A stretch of 48,638 bases of DNA from Peribolospora baueri (taxonomy: Eukaryota), in NCBI GenBank assembly GCA_029717555.1, contig JAMDHS010000029.1, positions 186,001-234,638 on the forward strand. The letters run 5' to 3'. The position numbers and the translations under genes were made by a program. A model generated the notes under the pieces. The model saw nothing but the letters and a program-made list of their open reading frames with translations, did not search any database and had not been told where the DNA came from. Below, one piece after another: positions 34,933 to 47,582 of this stretch; position 1 is the stretch's first letter; the number at the start of each line of letters is the position of its first letter.

Positions 34933-36124
34933 ATGGTGAGTCTTCCGTCCTTCGCCTTCCTGTCGCGCGATGTGTGTCGCTGCCGATCAGCGACCAACCG
35001 GCCCAGCCAGCGCTCGCTCACTCCTCAAGTCCTCGCTCCATATCTGCTGGATGGATAGGATAGCCTCATGAACCTCGGCAAGCAGGCCCTCGCTGGCCAG
35101 CAGGGCGGCAACGGAGGTGGTTTTAACATCGGCGACCTCGCTGGCGCGCTCGGTCACGCTGAGAACCACGCCGGCGGCAGCGGCAACAGCGGTGAGTGCG
35201 GTCTTTGGCGTGAAATGATGCACGCATGGAGGAGGCCTCCTAACGTTGATCACTGTCCTTTGCCAACTTTCTGGATCTCGTTTGTTTCCTGGATTCTACT
35301 TTTTCACCCATCCGCAGACCTTTTCTCTCAGGGCCTCTCTTTCGTCCAGAACCAGATGAGCAATGGCAACATGAACGCGCACGACCTCGACGAGCAGAAG
35401 GTCCAGGAGCACCACGACCAGGCTTACAACCAGGGTCAGCAGTTGCCTGCTCAGCAGCTCGGCTCCGCTGCCGCCTTGCAGGCTGTCAAGAGCTTTATTA
35501 GCAGCAGTGGCTCTGGCGGTGGTTCCGGTGGTAACTTCCAGCAGAAGATGGTGCGTTGAGGCACGTTGGGTGGACGCCTCGTTGACCCTGGCAAGAGCTT
35601 TGGCCTGGGAGAGAAACGTCTTGAACCACGCATTGAATCTTTGCGTCGTCATTCGTTCGTCACTTAGATCGGAATGGCCATGGGCGAAGCCGCTCAGATG
35701 TTCGACAAGCAGGGCGGTTCGGGCGATAAGCAGACCGGTAAGGGTCTCGTTTTCCCTCCTTTCGCCTTGCGTCGGAAAGGGAGAAGTATGGCTGACGGTC
35801 AGTGACGATGCGCTTGTGCCACAGCCGTCCAGTCCGCCGCCGAGACGGTGATGAAGCTCATGGTCAAGAACCAGGTCAGTCGAACGTCTTACCCACTGGT
35901 CCGGCTTTGAACACCCCCACTGATCGTCCAATTTGCCTCGGGTGTCTCTCTGGTTCTGTTCACAGGTCTCTGGTATGATCGGTGGTGGCAACTCGGGTGG
36001 CCTCGGCGCTCTCGCCAGCAAGGTGCGTTTTTGAACACGCCTGAACGCTTCGTCCGTCCGTTTCCTCACCTCTCCATTTACACTGTCTTTTCCCCTTCGA
36101 CGCGACGCAACCCAGTTCCTCTGA
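34933..36124 (+). CDS. Beta-flanking protein homolog (Gly-rich, conserved fungal protein). Seven coding exons; the first is the ATG alone and the last encodes FL*
   Basis: HAGGSGNS|DLFSQGLSF...DEQKVQEHHDQAY...LGSAAALQAVKSF...IGMAMGEAAQMFD...AVQSAAETVMKL...GGNSGGLGALASK|FL. All introns GT-AG and frame-consistent. Confidence 0.8.
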
Positions 36125-36826
36125 ACACGAAGAGGCATAGTCACGCTGGTCGGTCTCGAGTCTGGCGAAAACGCAGTCAAAGGCATGGCCTGCGTCCGCT
36201 TCGTCTGCTATTCTCGTCCTTGCTTTTTTTTTAGGAACGGCGAATGATGAACGATGATGTCCAATGAAATATGACACGGAGAATCGAACTGTTTTCCACA
36301 TCTCTCTCGGACGAAGGAGACCGTTTCCATCGCCACTCCGCTCGCTTGCTCTCCTTGCGTCGAAGGAAAGACGAGTCGGCGTCCTTTCCCCAACAACCCC
36401 CCTATCGATCGGTAACGCTCCGCGAATGCGAGCGTCGACAACAAGAGACGGGGGCAACGTGAAGCTTGATAGGTTAAATTTCATATCCAGGCGTCGTCGT
36501 CGTCATGCAGTACTTGTTCCTTGTGTATTCAGACGTCGAAGCTGACAACGTCCGGCACGGCGAAAGTTGGGCGTAACGGGGTGGGGGGCAGGGCGCCGCT
36601 TTCGCCCACGACGGTAGAGTGTGGCCTTATTTATGAGCGGGCGGTCGCTCGGCTATGGGCCAGGCTAGGCCGCCGGGCGTGGGTGTGGCGGTCCGCCGTC
36701 GCGCGTCCTCGGTCTTGGGTTCTGTCCGACCGACGACGACGTCCTCGCTCACGAGGTACTTGCTTCCCCTCCGCTCGCATCGCATCGCATCGCACCGGAA
36801 AGCCGGCCCCACCCATCGATTCACAC

Positions 36827-39815
36827 CTAGAGGCTGTTGAGGTAAGCCGAGATGACGCTTGTGAAGCCGGCGGCGTTGTCAGCCTGGGCGCACGTCCGCG
36901 TGCCATCGCGGTCGATCATGTCGGCCGTTCCGACCGTGTTCAGGCCGTACACGGCCACGGAGCTGCTCTGCAGGTCGACGATGGCGGATTGGCAGGTGGC
37001 CGAGGGACGACAGGACTGGTCGTAATTGTCAAAGAAGGAGTACAGACCTGCGCCGTAGAGGAGTACGTCGGTGCTGTTGTTGGCCGCACGGAAGCCCCAC
37101 GCTTTGGCGCACGGCGGCGAGGAGGATGAGGAAGAGCAGTCGGCAAACGTCGGGTCGCCCCACGTCGCGTTGGCCGCGAACGGCTGATTCGCGTCCGGCG
37201 TGTTCTCCCAGTACGGCGTCTCCGTCTGTATCATGGCGAGGAGGACGTTGTGGGCGTTGTGGAGGTTGTACTGGTACCGTTGCGAGTGCTCGCTCGCCGT
37301 GCCGTAGAGCCACGTCGGCCCGGCCGACTCGACGAGCACGCCGCGGCCGTTGAAGACGGAGATCTGGCCGCCCTCGTCCAGGTCGTGATCCGCGACCCAG
37401 ATCCACGAGTTCTCAATGTACGCCGACGAGCCGGATCGGAGCCAGAGATTGAGCGCTGCCGCGGTGCAGTTGGCCGTCACGCCCTTGCCGATGCCACAGT
37501 TGCCGGCGCGGAGCTGCGTGCCGGCGGCGCCTCCCACACGGACGTGCGAGTCCCACATGCCGGCCGAGCCCTGGACGTCCTGTGCGACGTTCCACTCGAT
37601 CAGCACCGCGCCGGGCGTCGGCCCGCGCGTGGAAACCAAGACGTCCGATATCTCCACCACGCCCACGTCGCCGGGAGAGCCGACTCGGACGATGGGACGG
37701 ACGTTGCCGGCGTCGGCAAAGTTGGATCCGGTACCCTGGATGACGGACCAGACCTCTCCGACGATGCGGGAGCCGACGGGCACTTGGACGGTGTCGGTCA
37801 CGAGGTAGGTGCCGGCGTCGAGGAAGAGGATCGAGTTGCACGCCGCCTTGGACAGGGCTGCATTGAGCGCCGACGTGTCGTCCGTCACGCCGTCGCCTTA
37901 ACGGAGGGAGAGAGAGGAAAGGGAAGAGGGACAAGGTTTGGGATGATGTGAGTCGAGGTCGTCTCTCTCTCTCTCCTCTTGTTCCGTGCGGACCGGACAC
38001 CCACCCTTGGCGCCACTATCTCTAGCGCTGACGAAAGCCTTGACGCTATACTGGTCGTACAGCGGCCTGGGCCTGGTAAAAAACTTTGCGCCGCTGAGCA
38101 GCGCGCTCGGCTTGTTGGGCGGCGTCAGCGGGCCTGCCTGGACCTGCACCGTGTCCTGGTCGCCCTGGTAGACGTGGCCGTACGACCAGGAGGCGACGGT
38201 GGTTTTCCCCGTCGTTCCGGCGGCGATGGTCTGCCCACTGTCCTGAACGGAAACCATGGCGGGCACGTCGTCGAGCGACACATTGTCCAGGATCACCGAG
38301 TCAGCCGTACCGCTGCTCGTGGTGGAGAGGCGCACGGCGACGGGCGTGGAGGAGATGGCGCTGTCCACGACGACGATCGAGCCTGTGTTCGGGGCGTTCT
38401 GATTCGTGCCATCGGCGGAGACGGTGAGCGTGAACGCTGCGGTGGTGGCGTTGTGGATGTTCATCCCAATGTACGTCTAGACGAGCGCGTGAAGGCTAAG
38501 CTCGAGTGAGCCCCCGCAAGTCTGATCGGAACGAGCGATCGTCGCGACGTGACTACGAGTCAGTCACTCACCCAGCCCCAGCCCCAGGCATGGTGAACTC
38601 CGACAAGAGCGTCGGTGATGGAGACGTTGCGAACGGTGAACTGCAGACCGGGGGGTAACGAGGCCGAGTCAGCGAGGGGGAAGAGGGGTGATGGCTACGT
38701 ATCCGACAAAAAGACGCTCACCTGCTGACTGCCGACCGACATGCCGAACTGTCCGCCGGTGATGACCAAATCGCTCATCCACCCGCCGGATCCCTGGTCG
38801 ACGTATACGCCTCGATGGACGGTGCCGGTGTCCGAGCTGAGGTGGAGGACGAGGTTGGAGAGCGAGGTAGCCTGGGCGACTTCCCAGTGGATGGCGTTGA
38901 TGGCCGTGGTCGGTGGGACGGAGCGGGTGTCGATGACGATATTACGCACTTGTCTGAGCGGGTCGTGGGTAGAACCAGGACACGGTGCGTCGGCTCCAGC
39001 GGCTTGCCTGACGGACGAAGGAGGACGAGGACGCACCTGTAGAAGTTGTCCTGAGACGTATACGAATCGCCCGAGCCGGACGAGTTGGGCGGGTCGGCGT
39101 CTATGAGTGCCGACCCGGTAAAGTTGGAGCTGGCGAGGATGACGGGCAGGTTGCGGGCGTCGCCGACGAGCTGGGTGTAATAGATGGCGAGGATGGGGGA
39201 GGAGATGACACTGGAAGGGAAGGGAAGGATGAGAGTCACGTAGACGGTCGCACCTTCCGTGCGTCCGTCACACGCGGCTCTCGCGACTCACTAGGTTCCG
39301 GAAGGGAAGTAGACGAGGGCGGGGCTGGTGGATGAGCTGCCACAGGCCTGGTAGCACCTGGTGCCGTCCTGGATGGCATTGTTGATGGCGGCAGTATCAT
39401 CAGTCGAGCCGTCGCCCTTGGCGCCATAGTCCTTGACGTTACGGAAGACGGGGTAGGTGTCGGCGGAGGAGAGGAAGGCGGCACGACCTTGGTGCTTGAT
39501 GGTCTCGAGCCAGTAAGGCGCCGAGCCGTCGGCGAGCGTGGACGAGGGCAGGTCGCAGGAAGCGGCGGCGGGTCGCTGATGGGGAGTGTAGGAAGGGTCG
39601 GCTTGATCGTCGATGTCGGCGTCGCCCAGCAAGGCGATCTGACCGTGATCAACCTCGAAGGCGTAGGCGTCGGATGGCGTCGGCGAGAGTCCTTGAGGGC
39701 CGGAGTCTGGGAAGAAGAACTGAGGCGGCGGTCGAGCGTGCGAGAGGCCAGCGACGGCGGCGATGGTGATGGCGATGGCGATGGCGAGGCCGAGGGGTGT
39801 TGAGCGCGCGAGCAT
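36827..39815 (-). CDS. GH55 exo-beta-1,3-glucanase, secreted, multi-exon
   Basis: Signal peptide; YWLETIKHQG, VFRNVKDYGAKGDGSTDDTAAIN, ALVYFPSGTY, YYTQLVGDA, IHWEVAQATSL, a second GAKG|DGVTDDT, GMWDSHVRVGG, WVADHDLD, GTASEH and catalytic QTETPY. Confidence 0.95.
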
Positions 39816-41134
39816 GGCCGGACTGGTCGGGCGAGGTGTGGGCCACACACCTGCGGTGGTCGCCTGCGGGGCAAGGGACAAAGTAGGGATGGGGGAAGAG
39901 AAGAGGGGGGTTACGGTTCGAGAAAGGGGGCGTACGCTGTTATACTGCCGTCGGCGGGCGAGCAAAAGCGAGCAGCAACGACGAAGGCAACGACGAGGAC
40001 GAGGATGACGACCGTCTCAGGGGCTCGCCTAGTCCTCCTAGCGGGCCGGGCGTGGGGTCGCCGACGTAGGGCATCGCACGATTATATGATGGCGCCTGCG
40101 AGGAAGGGAGACAACGAGACGGTGAGTGCGACTAACTAGCTGCGATGAAGAGTTCGTCCGTCGGTCAGCGTGGGTTGCGACGGAGGATGGGGAGGACGGG
40201 GCCATCCTTGGCGTCCGTCGTTGGTCCGTCCATCCATTGCGGGGATGGGAGACGGAGAAGAGAAGAAAAGGGAAGAGAAGGGGTGAGAGGAGGCTAAAGC
40301 GAGCGACCTGCGACGTGCAGGGCAAGTGCAAGTGCAAGTGCGAGCTAATGGCTAGCAGCAACGAGAACGAGGCGAGAGTATATCCACGCCGCTTCCTGCG
40401 ACGATGGAAGCGACTGACTGTCATTCTCCCGAGTATCTTGCCAACGTAGATCGAGAAACATTAATAAAGGAAATACTGGGAGATGAGGATATTACGGAAA
40501 GAGGCATGAACATTCGTTGAATCCGGATATCACCTGCAGAGGATGATGATCGACGGAAAAGTTTGTGGTCGATGATGGTATCGAACGAACGCATTCCCTT
40601 CCTTCATTCCAACCAGTAGGAAAGTACAAGCATGTTCGTGTACTCTGAGGACAAGCAGATCGTGCGTGTGTGAGACAATTGCTTGCTTTCGACATGCAAA
40701 GGCCTTGCGCGAGCGTAGTTCTCTCGACGGATGGACCGTATTTGATTGATTACGACGTCCATCAAGGATGATCTGGGAAGCAAAGTCATACCATACCGGC
40801 TTGGAAGACGGACATTCTCGAATGGAACACATGATGAATATCTCTTTGAGTAATCCGCATTCGCGCCATGGATGGAGGATGAAGAAAAGACGTAGAGTAC
40901 GGTCTTTCTTCGGATGGATGATAAAGTACTTGGTTGTATTCGACGAAAATTCCATAGCGTGAAGAGCCATCCAAAGAATCTAGGTCTGTATACGGATCCG
41001 TAGAAAGGTAGGGACGCGGTGGGGCGGGGGCCGAGGGGGAGGGAAAGACGCTGACGCTGAGATGCGAGAGCGAGAGCGAGGGCGAGAGTGAGGGCGGGGT
41101 CGCGCTCCGCTCAGGGAAGGAGGCCGCCTTCGCC

Positions 41135-42590
41135 TTAGTTGAAGCCGCCGAAGACGTCCAAACCGCCCTGGTTGCGGTTCCTGCCGCCGCGGCCGCCGCG
41201 GCCTCCCCTGCCACCGTTGCCGCCGATGGCCACGCCATCGCCCGAGCCGAGGCTGAGGCCCTTGCCGAACGAGTGGCCAATGGCCTTGTTGTTGCCCCAA
41301 CCGCCCTTACCGCCCTTGCCGCCGTTGGCAAACTGCTTGGACTTGGCGTTACCGGACTTGTTGCCCTTGTCGTTACCGTTGCCAGAGCCGTTAGACTGCT
41401 GGTTGCCAGAGCCGAGACCGAAGAAGCCGTCGCCGCCAAAGCCGCCGCCGAAGCCGCCGTCGAAGCCGCCTTCGATGGGGATGCCGCACTCGCCGCCACG
41501 GCAGGCGAGCTCGCCGCCGCGCTTGTTGAAGCCAGTCATGGTGTTGAGACCGCCCTTGTTGCGGTTCCTGCCGCCGCGGCCGCCCCGGCCTCCCCTGCCA
41601 CCGTTGCCGCCGATGGCGGTGCCAGAGCCGGAGAAGACTCCGCCGCTAAAGCCATGGAAGCTCTTGCTGAAGCCGGCGGCCTTGTTGTGGCCCATGCCGC
41701 CCTTGCCGCCCTGTATTCGTTCGTCGGAGGGAGGAGAAGTGGAGTACGTTGGTCAGAGCCATTAGAAAGAAAGAGAGGAGGGCCGTCGGCACAGAAAAAA
41801 AAAAGACCACCAACCGGCCCCACTCACCCAACCACCGTTGGCCATCTGCTTGGCCTTGGCGTTGCCAGAGCCGTTGCCCTTGTCGTTGCCGTTGCCGGAG
41901 AAGTTGGACTGCTGGTTGCCAGAGCCGATGGGCTGGTTTTCGTCGAAGCCGCCGTCGAAGCCGCCGTCGAAGCCGCCTTCGATGGGGATGCCGCACTCGC
42001 CGCCACGGCAGGCGAGCTCGCCGCCGCGCTTGTTGAAGCCAGTCATGGTGTTGAGGCCGCCCTGGTTGCGGTTCCGGCCGCCGCGGCCGCCGCGGCCACC
42101 CCTGCCACCGTTGCCGCCGATAGCGATGCCCTCGCCAGAGAAGAGGCCGACGCTGCCGCCGAACTTGCCGCCGAAAGAGTGGCCGACGGCGGCGTTGTGA
42201 CCCGAGCCGCCCTTGCCGCCCTGCATTTGTTGGTCGGAGCGAGAAGTGGAGTACGTTGGTCATCAGAGCGGTTGGAAAGGAGGAGGACCGTCGGCACAAA
42301 AAGAACCACCAAGCGGCCCCACTCACGAAACCGCCGTTGGCCATCTGCTTGGCCTTGGCATTGCCGGACTTGTTGCCCTTGTCGTTGCCGTTGCCAGAGC
42401 CGTTAGACTGCTGGTTGCCAGAGCCAAGGCCGAAGAAGCCGCCGTCGAAGCCGCCGTCGAAGCCGCCTTCGATGGGGATGCCGCACTCGCCGCCACGGCA
42501 GGCGAGTTCGCCGCCGCGAGGCTCGAGGAAGGGGGCGGCGGAGCTGAGGGTGGCGAGGGTGACGAAAGCGAGGAGGATTCCAAACTTCAT
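41135..42590 (-). CDS. Secreted Gly/Asn-rich repeat precursor B, paralog of A. Exons 42590-42327, 42220-41828, 41710-41135
   Basis: Signal peptide MKFGILLAFVTLATLSSA-APFLEPR. Three units of about 125-130 aa (GGELACRGGECGIPIEGGFDGGF...SGNQQSNxSGNGNDKGN...GGNGGRGGRGGRGGRNRNxGGL) separated by FNKR. Confidence 0.88.
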
Positions 42591-43799
42591 GACGACGGAG
42601 TTAATGCGATAAAAGAAAGGAAAAAAAGAATTCCTGTACTTGGTGGGAGGAGGGCCAAAGGAGTGTGAATGGACGAGGAAGGAGGTGGTGCAGTGACGGG
42701 AAAAGGCGAGGAGATACGCCGTCGGCCGGGTCTTATGTATCTTGTCGAGAGGAAACGATGCGACCCTCCTTGGTCGGTCGGAACAGGGCAGGTCTCAGGG
42801 ATGTTTGACTCGACGTCGCTGACTTCATCTTGCCAAGAAGCGTGAGCGTTGGGGACGAGAGACGAGGGGGCGAGGGGGGTGGGCGTGGCCTTGGATGAGT
42901 GGTATGGCCGCCGGTTCTGGGGTTGCGCTGTTGCATGGAAGCGGTGCACGAGAGCAACGCATAGAGACGACGACCGACAAGCCGGAAGCGGGTCGACACC
43001 GGCGCGGTTTGCGGCTCGCCTTTCGTTCCTTCTTAATTTCCTGAGACGGACACGAGTGGACGAAAGCGGGGGAGCGAAGGGCGTGAGCATGGCGCGGGAC
43101 GAGAATGGCGACCGATCTCTGCGTCGCGCGGATTCCGGAAGGGCGTTGGGGCGACGCAGTGTTCGATGCTGGGAGCGGCGATTCGACGTCCGAGTGCGTT
43201 CTTTTCTGTTCTGTTCTGTCTCGCCGAGGAGAGGACGAGGTGGAGACGGGAAGAAGAGATGGACGAGATGGAGTAACCGATGCTGCGGTCGCCTGGCCGC
43301 CGGCTGGCTGTCGGTGATCTGTGCGCGCCGGTGCCAAGTCCGCGTATCTCCGCCCGATCGGCGGCCCCCAAATAGAAGCGCCGGAGGGGAATGGGTGGGT
43401 GAGAAAGGGGCGGGGAGAGGGGAAGGAGAAGAAAGGAAGGAAGGAGGGAGGGAGAGAATGAGAAGGAGAAGGAGACAGGACGTTGGTTAGCAGGTCGACG
43501 ATGGCCGACGTTGTGGGTGTTTCTTCGGGAGAGAATAGGATAGGATATGCTCGAGGACGACAACAAGCCAGACGACCAACACCAACACCGACCGACACCG
43601 ACATCGACGTCCACCACCTCTACGCCAGCGCAATAGCTTCTATTGCAGCACAGTGCTCTTCGACGACGACAGGCGAACACACCAACCAAGCTGACGACCG
43701 CACACACCACCCTTCTTTCCTCCTTCCCCCCCGCCGGCACTCGCACGTCGACGCAACGCAACGACCGCAACACCGTCGATGCGCGTCAGTCTCGCGTCG

Positions 43800-46208
43800 A
43801 TGCCCTCCCATCTCCTCTTCCCTCTCCTCCTCGCCGTCGTCGCAGGTTATGCCTGGGCAGCCACCATCCCCATCCCCCTCCTAGCCGCACCCGACGCCGG
43901 GCCATCCTCCGCCGCCTCCCGCCCATCCCTCTCCCAGCTCTTTCGCGCCTTGTCCGCCCTACTTCCCTCCACGCTCGCCCCCAGGGCCGTCGCAGCGGCC
44001 GCGAGCCCCTCTGCACCGTCCTGGACCCCCCCGCTGAGCACCCGCGGGCGCTATGTCGTCGACGCCAACGGTCAGCGCTTCAAGATGCGCGGCGGCAACT
44101 GGCACGGCGCCTCGGGCACCTACCTGGGCACCGGCGACATCAACAACCCCGCCAACCACCACAGCGGCGAGCTGGCGTACCAGACCCCGCTCTGTCTCGA
44201 CCGCGCTTCCATCGACGACATCGTCTCCTCCTTCCTCCAGCTCGGCATCAACACCATCAGGCTGCCCTTCTCCAACCAGATGATCCACACCACCGACCCC
44301 GTCCCCGACGCCGGCCTCACGGCCAACCCTCAGCTCAAGGGCAAAACGCCGCTCGACGTGTACGACGCCGTGGTCCAAGCGCTCACCGCCGCCGGCATCG
44401 CCGTCATCCTCAACAACATGACCATACGCAGCCTCTGGTGCTGCGGCTTCGACGTCAACGCGCGTTGGAACGAGGTGCAGACGACGGCCACTTGGCAGTC
44501 CGACTGGTTGCTCATGGTCAATCGCTACAAGAACAACAGCCGCGTCGTCGGCGCCGACTTGTACAACGAGGTTCGGTGGGTCTTTCCTCTTGTCTCGTTC
44601 GTCTGTCTGTCTGTCTTTGTCCTCGGCTGACCACGCCCACCCCCGTCTTGCTCCCCCTCAGCCGCGACCTGCTCTTCGATCCCAACTGGGGAAGCGAGGG
44701 TGCGACGGACTGGTACCAGGCCTCGCTCGACGTGGCAAGCCGCATCCAACGCGAGGCCAACCCTGACATTCTCATCATCATCGAGGGTGAGCCGTTTCAC
44801 CCCTCGTCCAGGGCAAACCAGTCCTCCGTCGCTCCCCATCCGACCTTTCCGCTCACCCCCTCCCGCCCGCCGTCCTCGCCGCGGTCATTTTCCAGGCATC
44901 AACTGGGTCGGCATCCCCACCAAGTACACGCCTCATTACCGGCCCACGCTTTTGCCCGTCGCCAACCTCTCCCACGCTCTGCCTGTCCAAGACAAGCTCG
45001 TGTACTCGGCCCACTTCTACGCCTACACCGGCCCCTCCAACACGGGAGCCACCTCCGGCCCGTTCGTGACCGACGACCCGCTCTACAGCGACCTTTCGCC
45101 CTCCCAACTGGCCGATACGGTAGAGAGCGAGGCCGCGTACGTCGCCACGGACCCCGAAAGCACGCAGATGCACTACACCGCCCCCGTTTGGATCTCCGAG
45201 TTTGGCAGCGGCGGTCGCAACGACATGGTCCCCCAGGACCGCTCGTGGTGGGCCAACTTTGTCCAGATCCTCATCGCCCGCGATCTCGACTTTGCCTACT
45301 GGCCCCTCGTCGGCTGGCAGGAGAACGGCGTCGGCGACGGGTGGGCGCTCATGGCCTGGAATTCGTCCGGCGGAAGGCTGAGCATCTACGATCCCGGCGA
45401 CTGGCGTCTTCCCGAGTGGAACTCGCTCATAGCCGCGTCCAACAACACTGGCACTGGCGGCGGACCTCAGACGGCCAACTCGAGCCGAACGGGGCCCATC
45501 GCGCCCATCTCCGTCTGGCGCATGCTCAACACGGACGAAGGCGACGCGAACCAGAGCGATCGACTCTACGCCGGTCCGGACTGGTCGGTGGGAAACCGAA
45601 AGGCGAGCTGTCCGGACGGCCTGCGCTTGGTCGGTCTCAGCCGGCGGGAGACTACGAGAGGGCTGTGTACGGATGCAACGTTTGGAAGGAGTTGGTGGAA
45701 CGCTTCGAACGGCACTTATACCGTCGTCACCGACCAAACGTACTACAACAACGCTTCCATAAAGGACTGGGCCTCGGGCTTTACCAAGTTCCAGTGTCCG
45801 CCCAACTCGTTCCTCATCGGCTACTCCTTCACTTCCTCCGCCACGTCGGCCGCAGCCCTGTGCGCCCACGCGTCCTCCGACCCGTTCCCGGCGGGCATCG
45901 CGACGACCACACGGACGGTGTGGTTCAACAAGCACGACAGCCTGTCGGTCTGGCACGGCGACTGGAGCGAGGGCGACTACAAGGGCGCTTGCGACGACGA
46001 CGAGTTTGCCGTCGGCTACGCGTTCACGACCCACGATATCACCGACGGCGTCCCCGCCGCGCTGTTATGCAAGCGCTCCGGCGATCTTTCCTCCACCTCG
46101 TCTGCCGCGCCAGCAACGATGTCCCCTCCCTCGTCCCTCCTCACCCTCTCCATCGCCTCTCTCGCAGCCTCCTTCGTTCTCTCCGCCGTCGTCTTCGGTC
46201 CCTTCTGA
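43800..46208 (+). CDS. GH5 glycoside hydrolase (subfamily not assigned), secreted, with a C-terminal triple Cys/Trp repeat domain and a GPI-like tail. Introns about 44576-44661 and 44787-44896
   Basis: Signal peptide; PLSTRGRYVVDANG, GINTIRLPFS, acid/base ADLYNEVR, LVYSAHFY, nucleophile PVWISEFG, DFAYWPL. Ser-rich spacer and hydrophobic C-terminus. Confidence 0.92.
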
Positions 46209-46322
46209 GGGACGGAATTAGCGTATACACCCCCCTCCTCCTGTCTCCTGTTTTGGATTTTCATGCGTGGAAGAATGGACGGATACGTTTGGTTTTGTTT
46301 GGCTTTCGGGGCTTGCGTCGTC

Positions 46323-46480
46323 AGCAGGGCAATGACGTTCTTCTGAGTGATGTTCTCATGGTGGGTTATTGTCATGAAGCTCATGACTCTGTTGCTCAAT
46401 TTCCACCCTTCAGATGGTGTTGCTCGAGCCTTCTTTATCGATACCAGAACGTCACTCAGAAGAAACGTCATTGCCCTGCT
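46323..46480. repeat. Near-perfect 34/35-bp inverted repeat (arms 46323-46356 and 46446-46480)
   Basis: AGCAGGGCAATGACGTTCTTCTGAGTGATGTTCT versus the reverse complement of the right arm, AGCAGGGCAATGACGTTTCTTCTGAGTGACGTTCT: one bulge and one G-U pair. Confidence 0.92.
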
Positions 46481-47582
46481 TGGTCCTCAACTTGACCACA
46501 TCCCGTGCCGAACGGCTTGCAGCTTCTTGTCCGCTGCCAAAGGTGATCGTCCCTGTGTCGCAGACGGAGTTATCATTTCACTCGACGGCATAGCAATGGC
46601 TCAGAACCAAGGCCGACGACGCCATCCTTTCATGGCCTTCCCCGACGCTCCATTCCTCAGCACTCGCGCACCATCCCATCCTACCACTCACTCGTAATTT
46701 GATTTCCGACATTCAGTCAGTCACTCCCGCTCCTCCGAACGCTCGTTGAGGCAGAAGACGCGGGCTTGAGTGATCGTCGGTACGCTAGGCTGGGGCCAGC
46801 TACGACAGGCAGAAGGGGAGAATGGTGCTCTGCTAGTCGTAGGATGCCGAGTTATTGTAGCCAAGTCCACCTCACCGTCCTCCGCACGCTCTGACGGCTG
46901 CCAAGACGGGGCGAACGTGCGCTCTCGTTCATGTGATACACGCTGGCGGGCAGGGTCGTACGAAATCGACGGCGCAATCAGACCGGACGCCGATCGTGAT
47001 CGCTTGTTTGGCTTCCACTCTCTCACACGGGGGCGACGACGACGTCGTACTCGAATCCCACCAGATGGCGGTTCGGCGTTCGGAGACGCTTATTATGTGC
47101 ACGGTCGGTGCGCCCCGTCGCAGCGGATCTATACTCCCCCTGCCTCTGCTGCCATGCGGGCGGAGACGTTGGGAGCGCGGGTCGTCGCTTGCTTCAGTCC
47201 GCTTTCTGTGCAAGGACGGAGGATGAACAGACCCGACTTGTGCTCGTCCGGAGGGCGGCGAACCCGACGACGCCGTAGCGTCGGCTGGCTTGATGGCGAT
47301 TCCGCCAAGGCTGACCCCGACCGACCGACGCCCATCTCTCTTTGCCGTCGAGGGGCCTGACGGGGGGGAGGGCTAAATAGCCCGGACCTCGTCCCCGACC
47401 CAAAGTCTCCTTTTCTCCCCATCCCGGCGATCCTTTCGTTTCTCCACCCCCTCATTGCGCTTTTTTTTTCCGTTTCTTGCTCCGTAGCTGGTCTGCTGGA
47501 GCCCGCTTTGTCCCCCTCACAGCTCTTTTGACCTTTTGTTTTCTAAACTAAGAGTCGGAACCCAGTCATCTCTCCGCCGACG

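Noticed and set aside
40543..40648. Possible C/D snoRNA (ATGATGA ... CTGA)
   Set aside because: No convincing terminal stem, and the short 18S-complementary stretch is not positioned next to a D or D' box.
43643..46495. 950-aa ORF overlapping GH5, and many similar antisense or shifted ORFs (e.g. 41273-42406, 44853-46034, 27766-28818)
   Set aside because: Arg/Pro/Ala-rich shadow frames produced by high GC3 in real genes; no recognisable motifs.
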